64,000 nucleotides of DNA from an uncultured bacterium. GTDB lineage: Bacteria > Krumholzibacteriota > Krumholzibacteriia > JACNKJ01. Made by a program: the position numbers and the translations under genes. This document shows, piece after piece, positions 1 to 8,461 of this stretch (position 1 is its first letter; each line of letters starts with the position of its first letter). The stretch lies in NCBI GenBank assembly GCA_964344565.1, contig CAYFNT010000011.1, forward strand, positions 5,622 to 69,621, in the 5' to 3' direction. Below the pieces are notes generated by a model. That model did not search any database. It had not been told where the DNA came from and was given only the letters and a program-made list of their open reading frames with translations.

Positions 1-2145
1 GGGGGTGTGGTCGTCCTCGGGGTTCACCGGCGCGCCGCTCTGCTCGGTGCCCACCGGATCCACGCGCACCCAATGTCCGCCGGTGGCGTCGTCGCCGGGC
101 ATGCCCAGACGCCACTGGAAGTCGGGCGGGTCCTCGCCGTCGTAGGCATAGACCTGCTCGGTGGCGAGCAGGGTGTAGTGCTCGCCGGGAGCGCCGGCCG
201 GGCTCGTGCTCTCATGGCCGAGACCGTCGGTCGCCTGCACATAGTAGTCGATGGCCGTGTTGGGCGGCACCGAGGGCAGATCGCCTTCGTAGGTGTCGCC
301 GCGCAGGCTCATGGCCGATGCGTTCCAGTCGCCGCCGTTGAGCCGGAAGTGCAGGATCGCCGAGCTCACCGTGCTGTAGTCGAGGATGTCGGCCGCGATG
401 GGATCGGCCTGCCCGCCGCCGGGCAGGGTGATGGGCTCGCTCACGTTCGTGATGATAGGGCCTGCGATGTCGCTGAGCGCGAAGTGGAACTCCAGGGCCA
501 GATCGCCGATGACGGTGATGGAAATCTCCTGGGGCTCGAAGCCGGGCATCGATGCTCGCAGGGTGTAGTCGCCCGGCGCGGCGAGCCCGCTGTAGTTGCC
601 GGACTCGTCCGTGAACCAGGTGTAACCGTCGCCCACGAGTTCGATCGTCGCACCGGGAAGCGGCACGTTGCCCCAGCTCGAGTTGACCACGCTGCCCTCC
701 ACGGTGCCGAAACCGTCGATGACGATGCTCACCGCCGCGTAGGCGTCGACGATGCCGTGGCCGTATGTGTTCTCCTCGCCCGGATCGCCCAGGTCCACGG
801 CCGTGTCCATGATGATCTGCTTGATGCTGTCCACGTCGAGGTTGGGATCGGCCTGGCGCATGAGCGCCGCCAAGCCGGCCACGTGGGGGCCGGACATGCT
901 CGTGCCGCTGTTGTATCCGTAGATGCCGCCGGGCAGTGAGGAGTAGACGTCCTCGCCGGGGGCGACCACCTCGGGTTTCACCTCGAGGCCGGGGTCCACC
1001 TCGCAGGTCGTGGGCCCGCGGCTGGAGAAGTCGGTGATGGGCCAGGGCCAGTCGAAATTGGTGGCGTCCACCGCGCCCACCGAGAAGCAGTTGGTCAGGC
1101 TCGCCGCCCGATCTGCCGGGGAGCCGATGGTCAGCGAATCGGGTCCGCGATTGCCCGCCGACCAGACGGTGACCACGCCGGCCGCCTCGCAGTTGTCGAT
1201 GGTCGTCCACCAGAGGTCGTAACAGGACGGATAGCTCAGGTGCTCGCCCACGCCCCAGGAATTCTGCACCACGTCGGGCACGTCGTCGATGGTTCCCGGG
1301 TCGCCGTCCGGATCGGTGAACCACTCGAGGGCGGCGAAGACGTCGTTGTCGAAGTCCTCGCTCACGGGCTGGTCGATGCCGTTGCAGGCGATCCATTCGG
1401 CGCCCCAGGCCACGCCGATGCTGTCGCCCTCCGCCACGCCCGCGATGGTGCCGCAGGTGTGGGTGCCATGGCCGTCCAGGTCCAGGGGATAGTCGGTGCC
1501 GCTTTCCACCTGATCGAGCCAGCACTCGTTCCAGGGCGCGTGGTTGCCGCGCCAGCGTTCGGCCAGGGCGGGATGGCTGCCGTCCACGCCCGTGTCGAAG
1601 CTTCCCACCAATGTGGTCAACCCGTTGTAGCCCAGCTCGTACCAGACCTCGGGCGCGCGGATGGCGCGAAGACCCTCGGTCACGCCGATCTGGCGATCGC
1701 CGCCGGGCATGAACTCGCCCATGGGCGCGATGAGTTCGGGGGTGAAGTCGGGCTCCACGCGCAGCACGTCATGGCGCGCGGCGATGGTTTCGATTTCCGC
1801 GCGGGTGGCGACCACGACGACGAGGTTGGCGATCCAGTGGCTAGTGTAGCCGCGAACGCCGTTGGAAGCGTCGAGGTAATCGAGTAGGTCGGACTGGGAA
1901 CGGGAGGCCTCCTGCAGCGCCTCGACCACTTCGCGGTGGCGGTCGCGCAGCTTGGCCTGTCGCGATTTCAGCTCGAGATTCAGCTCTGCGATGGGGGCCT
2001 GCTCGGCCATGAAGACCACGGCCTTGATGCTGTCGTCCTCGCCGAGTTCGGCGAGACGATCTTCCAGCGCGGGGTGTATGTCGCCGGCGATGGCTCCCGC
2101 GGCGATGAAGAGAATGGCCGATACCAGAACTGCGAGCTGCCTCAT
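1..2145 (-). CDS. Subtilisin-like serine peptidase, S8 family, with signal peptide and I9-like propeptide; C-terminal part runs off the window
   Basis: Manual minus-strand translation from ATG at 2143-2145 gives MRQLAVLVSAILFIAAGAIA signal peptide, then catalytic motifs DTGVDGSHP (~1590), HGTHTCGT (~1430) and GTSMSGPHVAG (~890). The ORF track shows only antisense/off-frame artefacts here (7..939+, 212..1525-). Confidence 0.85.
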   Translation of the reverse strand, partial: MRQLAVLVSAILFIAAGAIAGDIHPALEDRLAELGEDDSIKAVVFMAEQAPIAELNLELKSRQAKLRDRHREVVEALQEASRSQSDLLDYLDASNGVRGYTSHWIANLVVVVATRAEIETIAARHDVLRVEPDFTPELIAPMGEFMPGGDRQIGVTEGLRAIRAPEVWYELGYNGLTTLVGSFDTGVDGSHPALAERWRGNHAPWNECWLDQVESGTDYPLDLDGHGTHTCGTIAGVAEGDSIGVAWGAEWIACNGIDQPVSEDFDNDVFAALEWFTDPDGDPGTIDDVPDVVQNSWGVGEHLSYPSCYDLWWTTIDNCEAAGVVTVWSAGNRGPDSLTIGSPADRAASLTNCFSVGAVDATNFDWPWPITDFSSRGPTTCEVDPGLEVKPEVVAPGEDVYSSLPGGIYGYNSGTSMSGPHVAGLAALMRQADPNLDVDSIKQIIMDTAVDLGDPGEENTYGHGIVDAYAAVSIVIDGFGTVEGSVVNSSWGNVPLPGATIELVGDGYTWFTDESGNYSGLAAPGDYTLRASMPGFEPQEISITVIGDLALEFHFALSDIAGPIITNVSEPITLPGGGQADPIAADILDYSTVSSAILHFRLNGGDWNASAMSLRGDTYEGDLPSVPPNTAIDYYVQATDGLGHESTSPAGAPGEHYTLLATEQVYAYDGEDPPDFQWRLGMPGDDATGGHWVRVDPVGTEQSGAPVNPEDDHTP

Positions 2146-2218
2146 CTCGATGCCTCCCTTTCGTGATAGGCATCGATTTTACCACGCGAGGGCGGGCTCG
2201 TTCAAACGGGCCCGGCGG

Positions 2219-2605
2219 CTATCCCAGATCACCCGCCTTGCCGGCAAGAACCACCACATAACCGTCCGGATCGCGCAGCCAGCACTCGCGATGTCCGGCC
2301 CTGGGATTGACCTGGGGCTCGTGGAGGATCTCGGCGCCCAGTTCGCCAATCCGACCCATGGCGGCGTCGAAATCGTCGATCTGGAACCAGAGAAGCACGC
2401 CGTTGCCGTAGGGTCTGTTTTCCGCCTCGCCCAGGTGCGGATGCTCGTGGGCATCCCAGTGGTGAAGTTGAAGGATGAGCTCGTCGCCGGAGTACAGTCG
2501 TTCGTATTCGGGCCCGCCGTGTCCGCTCCGGCAGCCGAGCAGGCGCTGAAACCATCGGCTGCTGGCTTCGACATCGTGGACCGCGATCAAGGGCTGGGGA
2601 CGCAT
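2219..2605 (-). CDS. VOC/glyoxalase-bleomycin resistance family protein
   Basis: 128-aa ORF with coding-like composition; ...HHWDAHEHPHLGE...GHRECWLRDPDGYVVVL is typical of the glyoxalase fold. Confidence 0.75.
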   Translation of the reverse strand: MRPQPLIAVHDVEASSRWFQRLLGCRSGHGGPEYERLYSGDELILQLHHWDAHEHPHLGEAENRPYGNGVLLWFQIDDFDAAMGRIGELGAEILHEPQVNPRAGHRECWLRDPDGYVVVLAGKAGDLG

Positions 2606-2624
2606 GGGATGACCTCGCTGGTGG

Positions 2625-3191
2625 CTATTCCTCGGGCTCCTGGCCGGCCCGCTGGCTCCAGTAGTAGATGGCCTCGGCGAACTCGCGGGCCGTGTACTCG
2701 CAGAAGGTGCCGCCGGGTTTCTCCAGGAGATTGCGGGCCATGGTGAGGGGGTTCATGGGCTCGTCCTTCACCGGGCTGGCCACGATGGCCACGATCTCCC
2801 AGTCGAAGTCCCCCGAACGTTCGCCAGCATTCTCTTCCAGCGCCGCGGCGCTGTAGAGCACCACGTCGGCGAATCGGGCGGCCTCGGCTTCGCCGTCCGC
2901 GGTCACGCGGATGTGGGCGTCCTCTTTGGCCTGCCGATTCTCCAGTCGCGCGAAAAGCCGCGTGTTGCTTTTCACCAGAACGGTGGCGCAGGCGAACTGC
3001 TCGGGCGGGCAGGGCACGAGCACGACCTTGTCGAGATCCTCGCGCCCCGCGCCGGGACGGCGGCGTTCCCAGTTGCGTGCCACCAGATCCACGAGCTCAT
3101 CGTCGCTGCCTCGGAAGAAGCTGCGCCCCTGACCGGGACGGCACCTGTTCCGCGCGAAGTCGCTCCAGCCGATCCTGGGAGTGCCGGTCAT
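2625..3191 (-). CDS. Hypothetical protein (188 aa), last gene of the exo-patatin operon
   Basis: Clean ORF. Its start ATG overlaps the patatin stop by 4 nt (ATGA). No family recognised. Confidence 0.6.
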   Translation of the reverse strand: MTGTPRIGWSDFARNRCRPGQGRSFFRGSDDELVDLVARNWERRRPGAGREDLDKVVLVPCPPEQFACATVLVKSNTRLFARLENRQAKEDAHIRVTADGEAEAARFADVVLYSAAALEENAGERSGDFDWEIVAIVASPVKDEPMNPLTMARNLLEKPGGTFCEYTAREFAEAIYYWSQRAGQEPEE

Positions 3192-4102
3192 GCCGTCTTG
3201 CCGAGGATGGCTCGGCGGAAGCGCTGGCCGATGCCCTTGTGCCGCCGCATGGCCCGGCGCAGTTCAGGCAGGGCTTCACGCGCGGCGAGCTGGCCCTGCT
3301 TCCGGATCTCCGGCGCCGCGCTCATGTTGGCCCAGTGGAACTGACCGACCTGGGGCGTGATCACGAAGTCTGCCATCTTCAACACGAACTTGTTGAGGCG
3401 GTTGCGCGCGATGGCGTCGCTGCGCATGACGATGTCGAGGCCCCGATCGAATCCCGCCAGATCCTTTTCGAAGGTGGGGATGTCCACCGCCAGCACGAAG
3501 TCCGCGCCGAGATTGCGGCAGTCGCTCACCGGCACCCGGTAGCTGCCGCCGCCGTCGGTGAGCAGCTTGCCCTCGTGGGCGATGGGAGGGAAGACGCCCG
3601 GAATGGCGCTGCTGGCGTAGATGGCTTCGGTGAGTGGACCATCCTTGAAGACCACGTGGTCGCCGCTGATGAGGTCGACGGCGATGGAGGCAAAGGGGAT
3701 CTCGAGTTCCTCGAAGCGCGTGTCGCCGAGCAGTTCGGCCAGGGGCTCCATGAGCTTGTCCGAGCCTCGCTGGGCCGGCGAGGTGAAGGTCTTGAAGGTG
3801 AGGACCTTCCGCTCGATGGACCTTCGGAATTCCTTGAAGAAGCTGCTGTCCTCTCCGAACTCGTCGTCTTCCACGAAGGGCGCCCAGACTTCCTTGAAGT
3901 CGGGGTTTTCCCAATAGCTGCGAAGTCGTTCGTCCACGACGTCCGCGTCGATGTGCTTGGCGTAGAGCGCTCCCACGATGGAGCCCATGCTCGTGCCGGT
4001 GATGCAGTAGGGGCGCAGTCCCTCCTCTTCCAGAACCTCGAGCACTCCCACATGGGCGAGCCCGCGCGCGCCGCCGCTTCCCAACGCCAGTCCGAAATGC
4101 AT
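3188..4102 (-). CDS. Patatin-like phospholipase
   Basis: True start is MHFGLALGSGGARG (oxyanion GGxR/K) at 4100-4102, not the R-rich upstream extension of the track ORF. GTSMG nucleophile motif (GxSxG) and DGG catalytic Asp motif are present. Confidence 0.85.
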   Translation of the reverse strand: MHFGLALGSGGARGLAHVGVLEVLEEEGLRPYCITGTSMGSIVGALYAKHIDADVVDERLRSYWENPDFKEVWAPFVEDDEFGEDSSFFKEFRRSIERKVLTFKTFTSPAQRGSDKLMEPLAELLGDTRFEELEIPFASIAVDLISGDHVVFKDGPLTEAIYASSAIPGVFPPIAHEGKLLTDGGGSYRVPVSDCRNLGADFVLAVDIPTFEKDLAGFDRGLDIVMRSDAIARNRLNKFVLKMADFVITPQVGQFHWANMSAAPEIRKQGQLAAREALPELRRAMRRHKGIGQRFRRAILGKTA

Positions 4103-4986
4103 CAATCGTCCTCCGCGAAGGCGGGCACGGCGGTGAGCGAATGCTGGAAGCCCAGCCGCTCGAAGAGCGATTCGGTGTCGCCTCGCCGCGCGCCTTTCCA
4201 ATTCAGGTCGTCCATGGTCGCGTCCAGATCCATGTCGCATCGTAACGCGACGAGCTCCCGGCAGGTTTCGGCCAGTTCGCGATGTTCTTCGAGTTTCGCG
4301 CCGAGCTTCTTCGCGCCGCGGATGGGCAGGTCGGCGACCTTGTCGAGACTGGCGTAGATGCCGTCCAGGCTTCCCAGCTCGTTCAGCAGGGCGCTGGCCG
4401 TCTTGGGTCCCACGCCCGGGATGCCGGGGATGTTGTCGCTGCTGTCCCCGCACATGGCCAGATAGTCCACCATCTGTTTCGGCTCCACGCCGAAGTGCTT
4501 GGGGACCGTGCGCACGGTGAAGCGCTTGCTGCGCGAGGGATCGATGACCCGGGTACCCTCGTCCACGAGCTGGGCCAGATCCTTGTCGCCCGAAAGGATC
4601 GTCACCTCCAGCCCCTCGGCGCGAGCCCGTGTGGCCAGGGTGGCGATGATGTCGTCGGCTTCGTGGTTCTCCACCTTGAAGCGCGCGAGGCCGAGAGCGT
4701 CCACGATGCGTTCGCAGTGCTCGAACTGGGGAAGCAGTTCGGGTGGCGTCTCTCCGCGATTGGCCTTGTAGTCGGGATAGATCTCGTTGCGGAAGCTCTT
4801 GGGCCCCGCGTCGAAGACCACGGCCACCCGCTCGGGCTTCTCGCGGTAGAGGAAACGCAGCAGGAAGTGCAGGAAGCCGAAGCTCGCGTTGGTGGGCGTG
4901 CCGTCGGGGGCGTGGAGTTCGTCCTCCGAATAGAAGGCGCGAAAGATCCAGGCCATGGCGTCGATGAGGAAAATGGGTTGGGACAT
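4102..4986 (-). CDS. 5'-3' exonuclease, FEN/Pol I N-terminal-domain family (stand-alone)
   Basis: MSQPIFLIDAMAWIFRAFY..., ...HEADDIIATLA..., ...GDKDLAQL..., ...GIPGVGPKTA... (H3TH). Stop TGA overlaps the patatin ATG by 1 nt. An alternative start 60 nt upstream (5046) is possible. Confidence 0.85.
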   Translation of the reverse strand: MSQPIFLIDAMAWIFRAFYSEDELHAPDGTPTNASFGFLHFLLRFLYREKPERVAVVFDAGPKSFRNEIYPDYKANRGETPPELLPQFEHCERIVDALGLARFKVENHEADDIIATLATRARAEGLEVTILSGDKDLAQLVDEGTRVIDPSRSKRFTVRTVPKHFGVEPKQMVDYLAMCGDSSDNIPGIPGVGPKTASALLNELGSLDGIYASLDKVADLPIRGAKKLGAKLEEHRELAETCRELVALRCDMDLDATMDDLNWKGARRGDTESLFERLGFQHSLTAVPAFAEDD

Positions 4987-5104
4987 AGTCGGTAGAGGAT
5001 ATTCGGGTGGAGGGATTACTTCAAGGAACGGATGGCAGGAAACCAAACCCCCTCCCCGAATGAAGGGGGCGTCCGGTTTTTTGGCTTCCCGCCGAAAGTC
5101 GTGG

Positions 5105-6199
5105 TCACTCCGGCAACTCGAAGCCCTCCGGGCCCCAGAGCATCAGATCGTATTCCGTCCGGTACTCGGCGAGCTCCTGGGCGTCGTGGTTCCACTCCAT
5201 GCCGCTGCTGCGCTCCCTCACGAGCCCCACGCCGGCGCAGATCCAGAGCGTGTCGGCCCCCGAGCGGAACACGGTGTTCGGATCGCCCAGGTATTCCCCG
5301 GTCAGCGTGTAGTCCATGGCGAGGATCGCGCAGTCGGGCAGGATCATATCGCCGGGGCCATCGCCCTCGTCCTCCAGCGTGGAGATGTAGGCCACGAGAT
5401 CTTCATGGCCGACGACCTCCACGTCGATATCCATGGTTCCCGGCACCGACCCCTGGCCGAAATCGATGGAGACGGTGGATTGCTCCTGCCAGCTGCCCTC
5501 GGGCTGGAAGAAATGCTGCGGAGGTTCGAAGAGGTTGTCGGTCCAGCCGCTGCCGTGCCAGTAGCTGAAGCCCATGTAGTCCACGTCGTTGAAGTCGCCC
5601 TGGAAGTAGCGGGCCCAGTCGCCCTGCCAACTGTCCGGCCCGATGGGGAGCTCGGTGGTGATCTTGAAGTCGCCGATGGACGAGGACTCGGCCACGTTCC
5701 GGAAGAGCTCGGGTTCCTCGCGTTCCGCCAAATGGTTGACGTAGTACCAGAGGAATCCCTCGTCCCAGAAGAACCACTCCTTCTCGCCGCTCACCTCGAG
5801 CAGGTAGGGCTCGGGGTTCTCGCTCGAGTTGCCCTCGGTATCGAGAAAGGGACCCATGTCGATGTACACCTGGGAGCCGGGCGGCAGGCCGCCCAGATCC
5901 ACGGTGAAACGGGAGCTGTCGGCGTTCCATACGCCGGGATCGTCGAAGCCGCTCACCCAGGCCATGGACATGATCAGGCGCGCGTCGGAGCCCTCCGGCT
6001 CGAAGGACTCCCGCAGGATGGACTCGGAGAAGTCGATGACGATCTGGCTCAGGTTCGGACTGACCGTGCTGCCGCTGGCAGGAGTCCAGGAGGCGATGGA
6101 CGGCGGATCGTCGCCGCCTCCGGTGGGGGAGCCGCTCTCGCCGCAGGAGGCGAGGATCAGGATCATGGCGGGGAGCGCAAGCAGTAGGATTCGTTGCAT
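5105..6199 (-). CDS. Hypothetical lipoprotein
   Basis: Start chosen at MQRILLLALPAMILILASCGES (lipobox LASC). D/E/W-rich secreted protein with no family call. Confidence 0.65.
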   Translation of the reverse strand: MQRILLLALPAMILILASCGESGSPTGGGDDPPSIASWTPASGSTVSPNLSQIVIDFSESILRESFEPEGSDARLIMSMAWVSGFDDPGVWNADSSRFTVDLGGLPPGSQVYIDMGPFLDTEGNSSENPEPYLLEVSGEKEWFFWDEGFLWYYVNHLAEREEPELFRNVAESSSIGDFKITTELPIGPDSWQGDWARYFQGDFNDVDYMGFSYWHGSGWTDNLFEPPQHFFQPEGSWQEQSTVSIDFGQGSVPGTMDIDVEVVGHEDLVAYISTLEDEGDGPGDMILPDCAILAMDYTLTGEYLGDPNTVFRSGADTLWICAGVGLVRERSSGMEWNHDAQELAEYRTEYDLMLWGPEGFELPE

Positions 6200-6339
6200 G
6201 TCGGGCCTCGAAAATTGGGATATCAGATTGATTCCGGGATTCTTGCACTCGGGCGAGAAGAATTCAAGAGTCTGAATGTTCCTCAAGATAGAAAACCCTC
6301 CCCCGGGGCCGGGGGAGGGGTCTGGCCGGGAGCCGATGG

Positions 6340-7443
6340 CTACTCTTCTTCGAGTCCAGGCAGTTCCCCGCCCTTCTGCATACCCAGGGCGGTCATGCCG
6401 CCGAGGTGACCGAGACCCATGGTCTCCACGGCCGAGGAGGGCACGATGACCATGCTGCCCTTCTGCTTGAGCCCTTCGAAAACCATGTTCATCGCGCGCA
6501 GGTGAAGCGCGACCGGGTTGTCTCGATAAGATTCGCTGGCCTTGGCGAACTTCTCGGCGATCTCCGTCTCGGCGGTACCGAGAATCACGCGGCTCTGGCG
6601 CTCGCGTTCGGCCTGGGCCTGACGGCTCATGGCGTCCTCGAGGCCGGGCGGAATGATGATGTCACGAATCTCGATGGCCTGGATGGTGATGCCCCAGGGA
6701 TCGGTCTTCCGGTCGAGGGCCTTCTGAATCTCGGTGCCCAGGCGCTCGCGTTCGCTGAGCAGTTGGGCGAGATCGTGACGTCCGATGGCGTCTCGCAGGG
6801 CGGTCTGCGCGCTGAGCGCCACCGCCGCCTCGAAGTCCTCCACCTCGAGCACGCTCATCTTGGCGTCCCAGACCAGCCAGAAGGCGATGGCGTCCACGTT
6901 CACCGGCACCGTGTCGTGGGTCAGCGTGGTCTCCGCGCGGAAGTCGGTGACGCGCACGCGGTGGTCGATGAGCTTGTCCACCCGATCGATGAGCGGGAAG
7001 ATGGTGAAGTAGCCGGGGCCCTTCAGCGCGCGGAACTTGCCGAGGCGAAGCACCACGCCCTTCTCCCACTGCCTGGCGATCTGTACCGAGGACGAGATGA
7101 AGATCCCGAGATAGCCGCCGACGTAGAGCGGCCATGCGTTGATGTCCGGGAACAGGAAGTGGATGACCAGCCAGTAGGCCACGCCCAGGGCGATGACCTT
7201 CATCCAGTTGGGGAAGAGGTAGAGGGAGCCGCCCATGACCAGTCCGGCGATGACGCCGAAGGTGGTGAGGTCGATGGGCAGGACGGTTCCCGAGGGAACC
7301 CCCAGCGAACTTTGAATCGCTCCTCCCAGGCTGGCCAGCGCGACCATGATCAGGAAGTTGATCGCACCGAAGCGGAAATCCGGTCGGATGGCCGGCGCCT
7401 TGGGGGCCTTGGGCAGGTCCAGTGTGGGTTTGGGCACGTTCAT
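6340..7443 (-). CDS. SPFH/band-7 (stomatin/prohibitin-like) membrane protein
   Basis: N-terminal TM segments then an SPFH core (...VTDFRAETTLTHDTVPVNVDAIAFWLV...IQAIEIRDIIIPP...AERERQS...). Confidence 0.85.
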   Translation of the reverse strand: MNVPKPTLDLPKAPKAPAIRPDFRFGAINFLIMVALASLGGAIQSSLGVPSGTVLPIDLTTFGVIAGLVMGGSLYLFPNWMKVIALGVAYWLVIHFLFPDINAWPLYVGGYLGIFISSSVQIARQWEKGVVLRLGKFRALKGPGYFTIFPLIDRVDKLIDHRVRVTDFRAETTLTHDTVPVNVDAIAFWLVWDAKMSVLEVEDFEAAVALSAQTALRDAIGRHDLAQLLSERERLGTEIQKALDRKTDPWGITIQAIEIRDIIIPPGLEDAMSRQAQAERERQSRVILGTAETEIAEKFAKASESYRDNPVALHLRAMNMVFEGLKQKGSMVIVPSSAVETMGLGHLGGMTALGMQKGGELPGLEEE

Positions 7444-7844
7444 GATTCCTCCTTGGTCACGGAGATTCGGTGGTTCATCTCGTCGATGACTTCCTCGGGG
7501 CTGAAGCCGAACTCGCTGGCCCGAGAGAGCATCTCACTGACGATTTCCTTGAGCTTGAGCCCGCGGACTACCTGGTCCATGGGCACCTCCTTCTCCGCGA
7601 CGAAGGTGCCCTTGCCCTGAAGCGTGTTGACGAGATCCATGCGCTCCAGTTCGAGGTAGGCGCGGGAGACGGTATTCGCGTTAACCCCCAGATCCACAGC
7701 AAGTTGGCGCACCGTGGGCAGCTGCTCGCCGGGCTCAAGGAAGCCGGCGGCCACCCGGAACTTCACCCAGTCGACGATCTGCCGATAGATGGGCACTCCG
7801 CTCCGGGTATCGAGCTGAGGGGTGGCGCTGTCCTTGGGATTCAT
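7440..7844 (-). CDS. GntR-family HTH transcriptional regulator
   Basis: PIYRQIVDWVKFRVAAGFLEPGEQLPTVRQLAVDLGVNANTVSRAYLELE matches the winged-HTH GntR signature. Overlaps the downstream SPFH gene by 4 nt. Confidence 0.8.
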   Translation of the reverse strand: MNPKDSATPQLDTRSGVPIYRQIVDWVKFRVAAGFLEPGEQLPTVRQLAVDLGVNANTVSRAYLELERMDLVNTLQGKGTFVAEKEVPMDQVVRGLKLKEIVSEMLSRASEFGFSPEEVIDEMNHRISVTKEES

Positions 7845-7913
7845 GGGCTTATGCCTCCCGTACTAGTGTTACAATGAACTAGTGTATTAGGACAATCTGG
7901 ATATGTCAAGGTG

Positions 7914-7962
7914 GAACTGTGAACTGAGAACTGAGAACTATGAACTGAGAACTGAGAACTTC
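7914..7962. repeat. Heptamer tandem array (7 units: GAACTGT GAACTGA GAACTGA GAACTAT GAACTGA GAACTGA GAACTTC); left arm of an inverted pair
   Basis: Read directly from sequence. It is the inverted complement of the array at 8413..8461. Confidence 0.9.
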
Positions 7963-8030
7963 AAGATTGGGCGAGCTGGCCCATCTTTGGCTGAGTAACA
8001 AGAAGCCATTAATTGGGAGAGCCGACTTAA

Positions 8031-8399
8031 ATGAGGAATTACAAAGAGTATCCGGTCTGGCAACAGTCGTTGGAACTCGTGGAATGTGTCTACAGGGTAA
8101 GCGAGTCCATGCCCCGAAAGGAAACCTTCGGGATTCAAAGCCAGATCCGGAGGGCAGCCGTATCCATATCTGCAAACCTCGCTGAAGGAGCCGGGAGGGA
8201 TACAGAGTCAGAGTTTCGGCGCTTCATCGACATTGCCTTGGGATCGATCAACGAGGTGGAGACGCTGACCCTGATAGCAGGAAAACTCGGGTACTTTGGT
8301 CTGGAGCAGGTTGATCAGCTAAATCGAGTGCTCGTCGAGGTGCGAAAGCAGCTTATCGGTCTGCACAAGAGATTGCGGCCAAAACGAAAGGCGAGCTAA
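8031..8399 (+). CDS. Four-helix-bundle protein of the 23S rRNA intervening-sequence (IVS) / DGR Avd-like family
   Basis: YKEYPVWQQSLELVECVYRVSESMPRKETFGIQSQIRRAAVSISANLAEGAGRDTESEFRRFIDIALGSINEVETL closely matches the TIGR02436/PF05635 consensus (...DLxVWQKAxxLxxxIYxxTxxFPKEExYGLxSQIRRAAVSIxSNIAEG...). Bounded by inverted heptamer arrays. Confidence 0.85.
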   Translation: MRNYKEYPVWQQSLELVECVYRVSESMPRKETFGIQSQIRRAAVSISANLAEGAGRDTESEFRRFIDIALGSINEVETLTLIAGKLGYFGLEQVDQLNRVLVEVRKQLIGLHKRLRPKRKAS

Positions 8400-8412
8400 G
8401 AGCTCGCCCTCC

Positions 8413-8461
8413 TGAGTTCAAAGTTCACAGTTCTCAGTTCACAGTTCACAGTTCACAGTTC
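8413..8461. repeat. Heptamer tandem array, right arm; reverse complement reads GAACTGT x3, GAACTGA, GAACTGT, GAACTTT, GAACTCA
   Basis: Read directly from sequence. About 43/49 identity to the revcomp of 7914..7962. Overlaps the acyl-CoA dehydrogenase stop codon by 9 nt. Confidence 0.9.

Noticed and set aside
7-1525. Track ORFs 7..939(+) and 212..1525(-), R/G/H-rich
   Set aside because: Antisense or off-frame shadows of the real minus-strand S8 peptidase gene, whose catalytic motifs were found by manual translation. High-GC DNA gives long spurious ORFs.
3077-4453. Plus-strand 426-aa ORF, and the N-terminal 117-codon extension of the patatin ORF
   Set aside because: Antisense to patatin; the extension is R-rich and precedes the conserved MHFGLALGSGGARG start, which is coupled to the upstream stop.
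7914-8461. CRISPR array or DGR (template/variable repeats)
   Set aside because: Repeat units are 7 bp with no unique spacers. No cas genes, no reverse transcriptase and no TR/VR pair, despite the Avd-like ORF.
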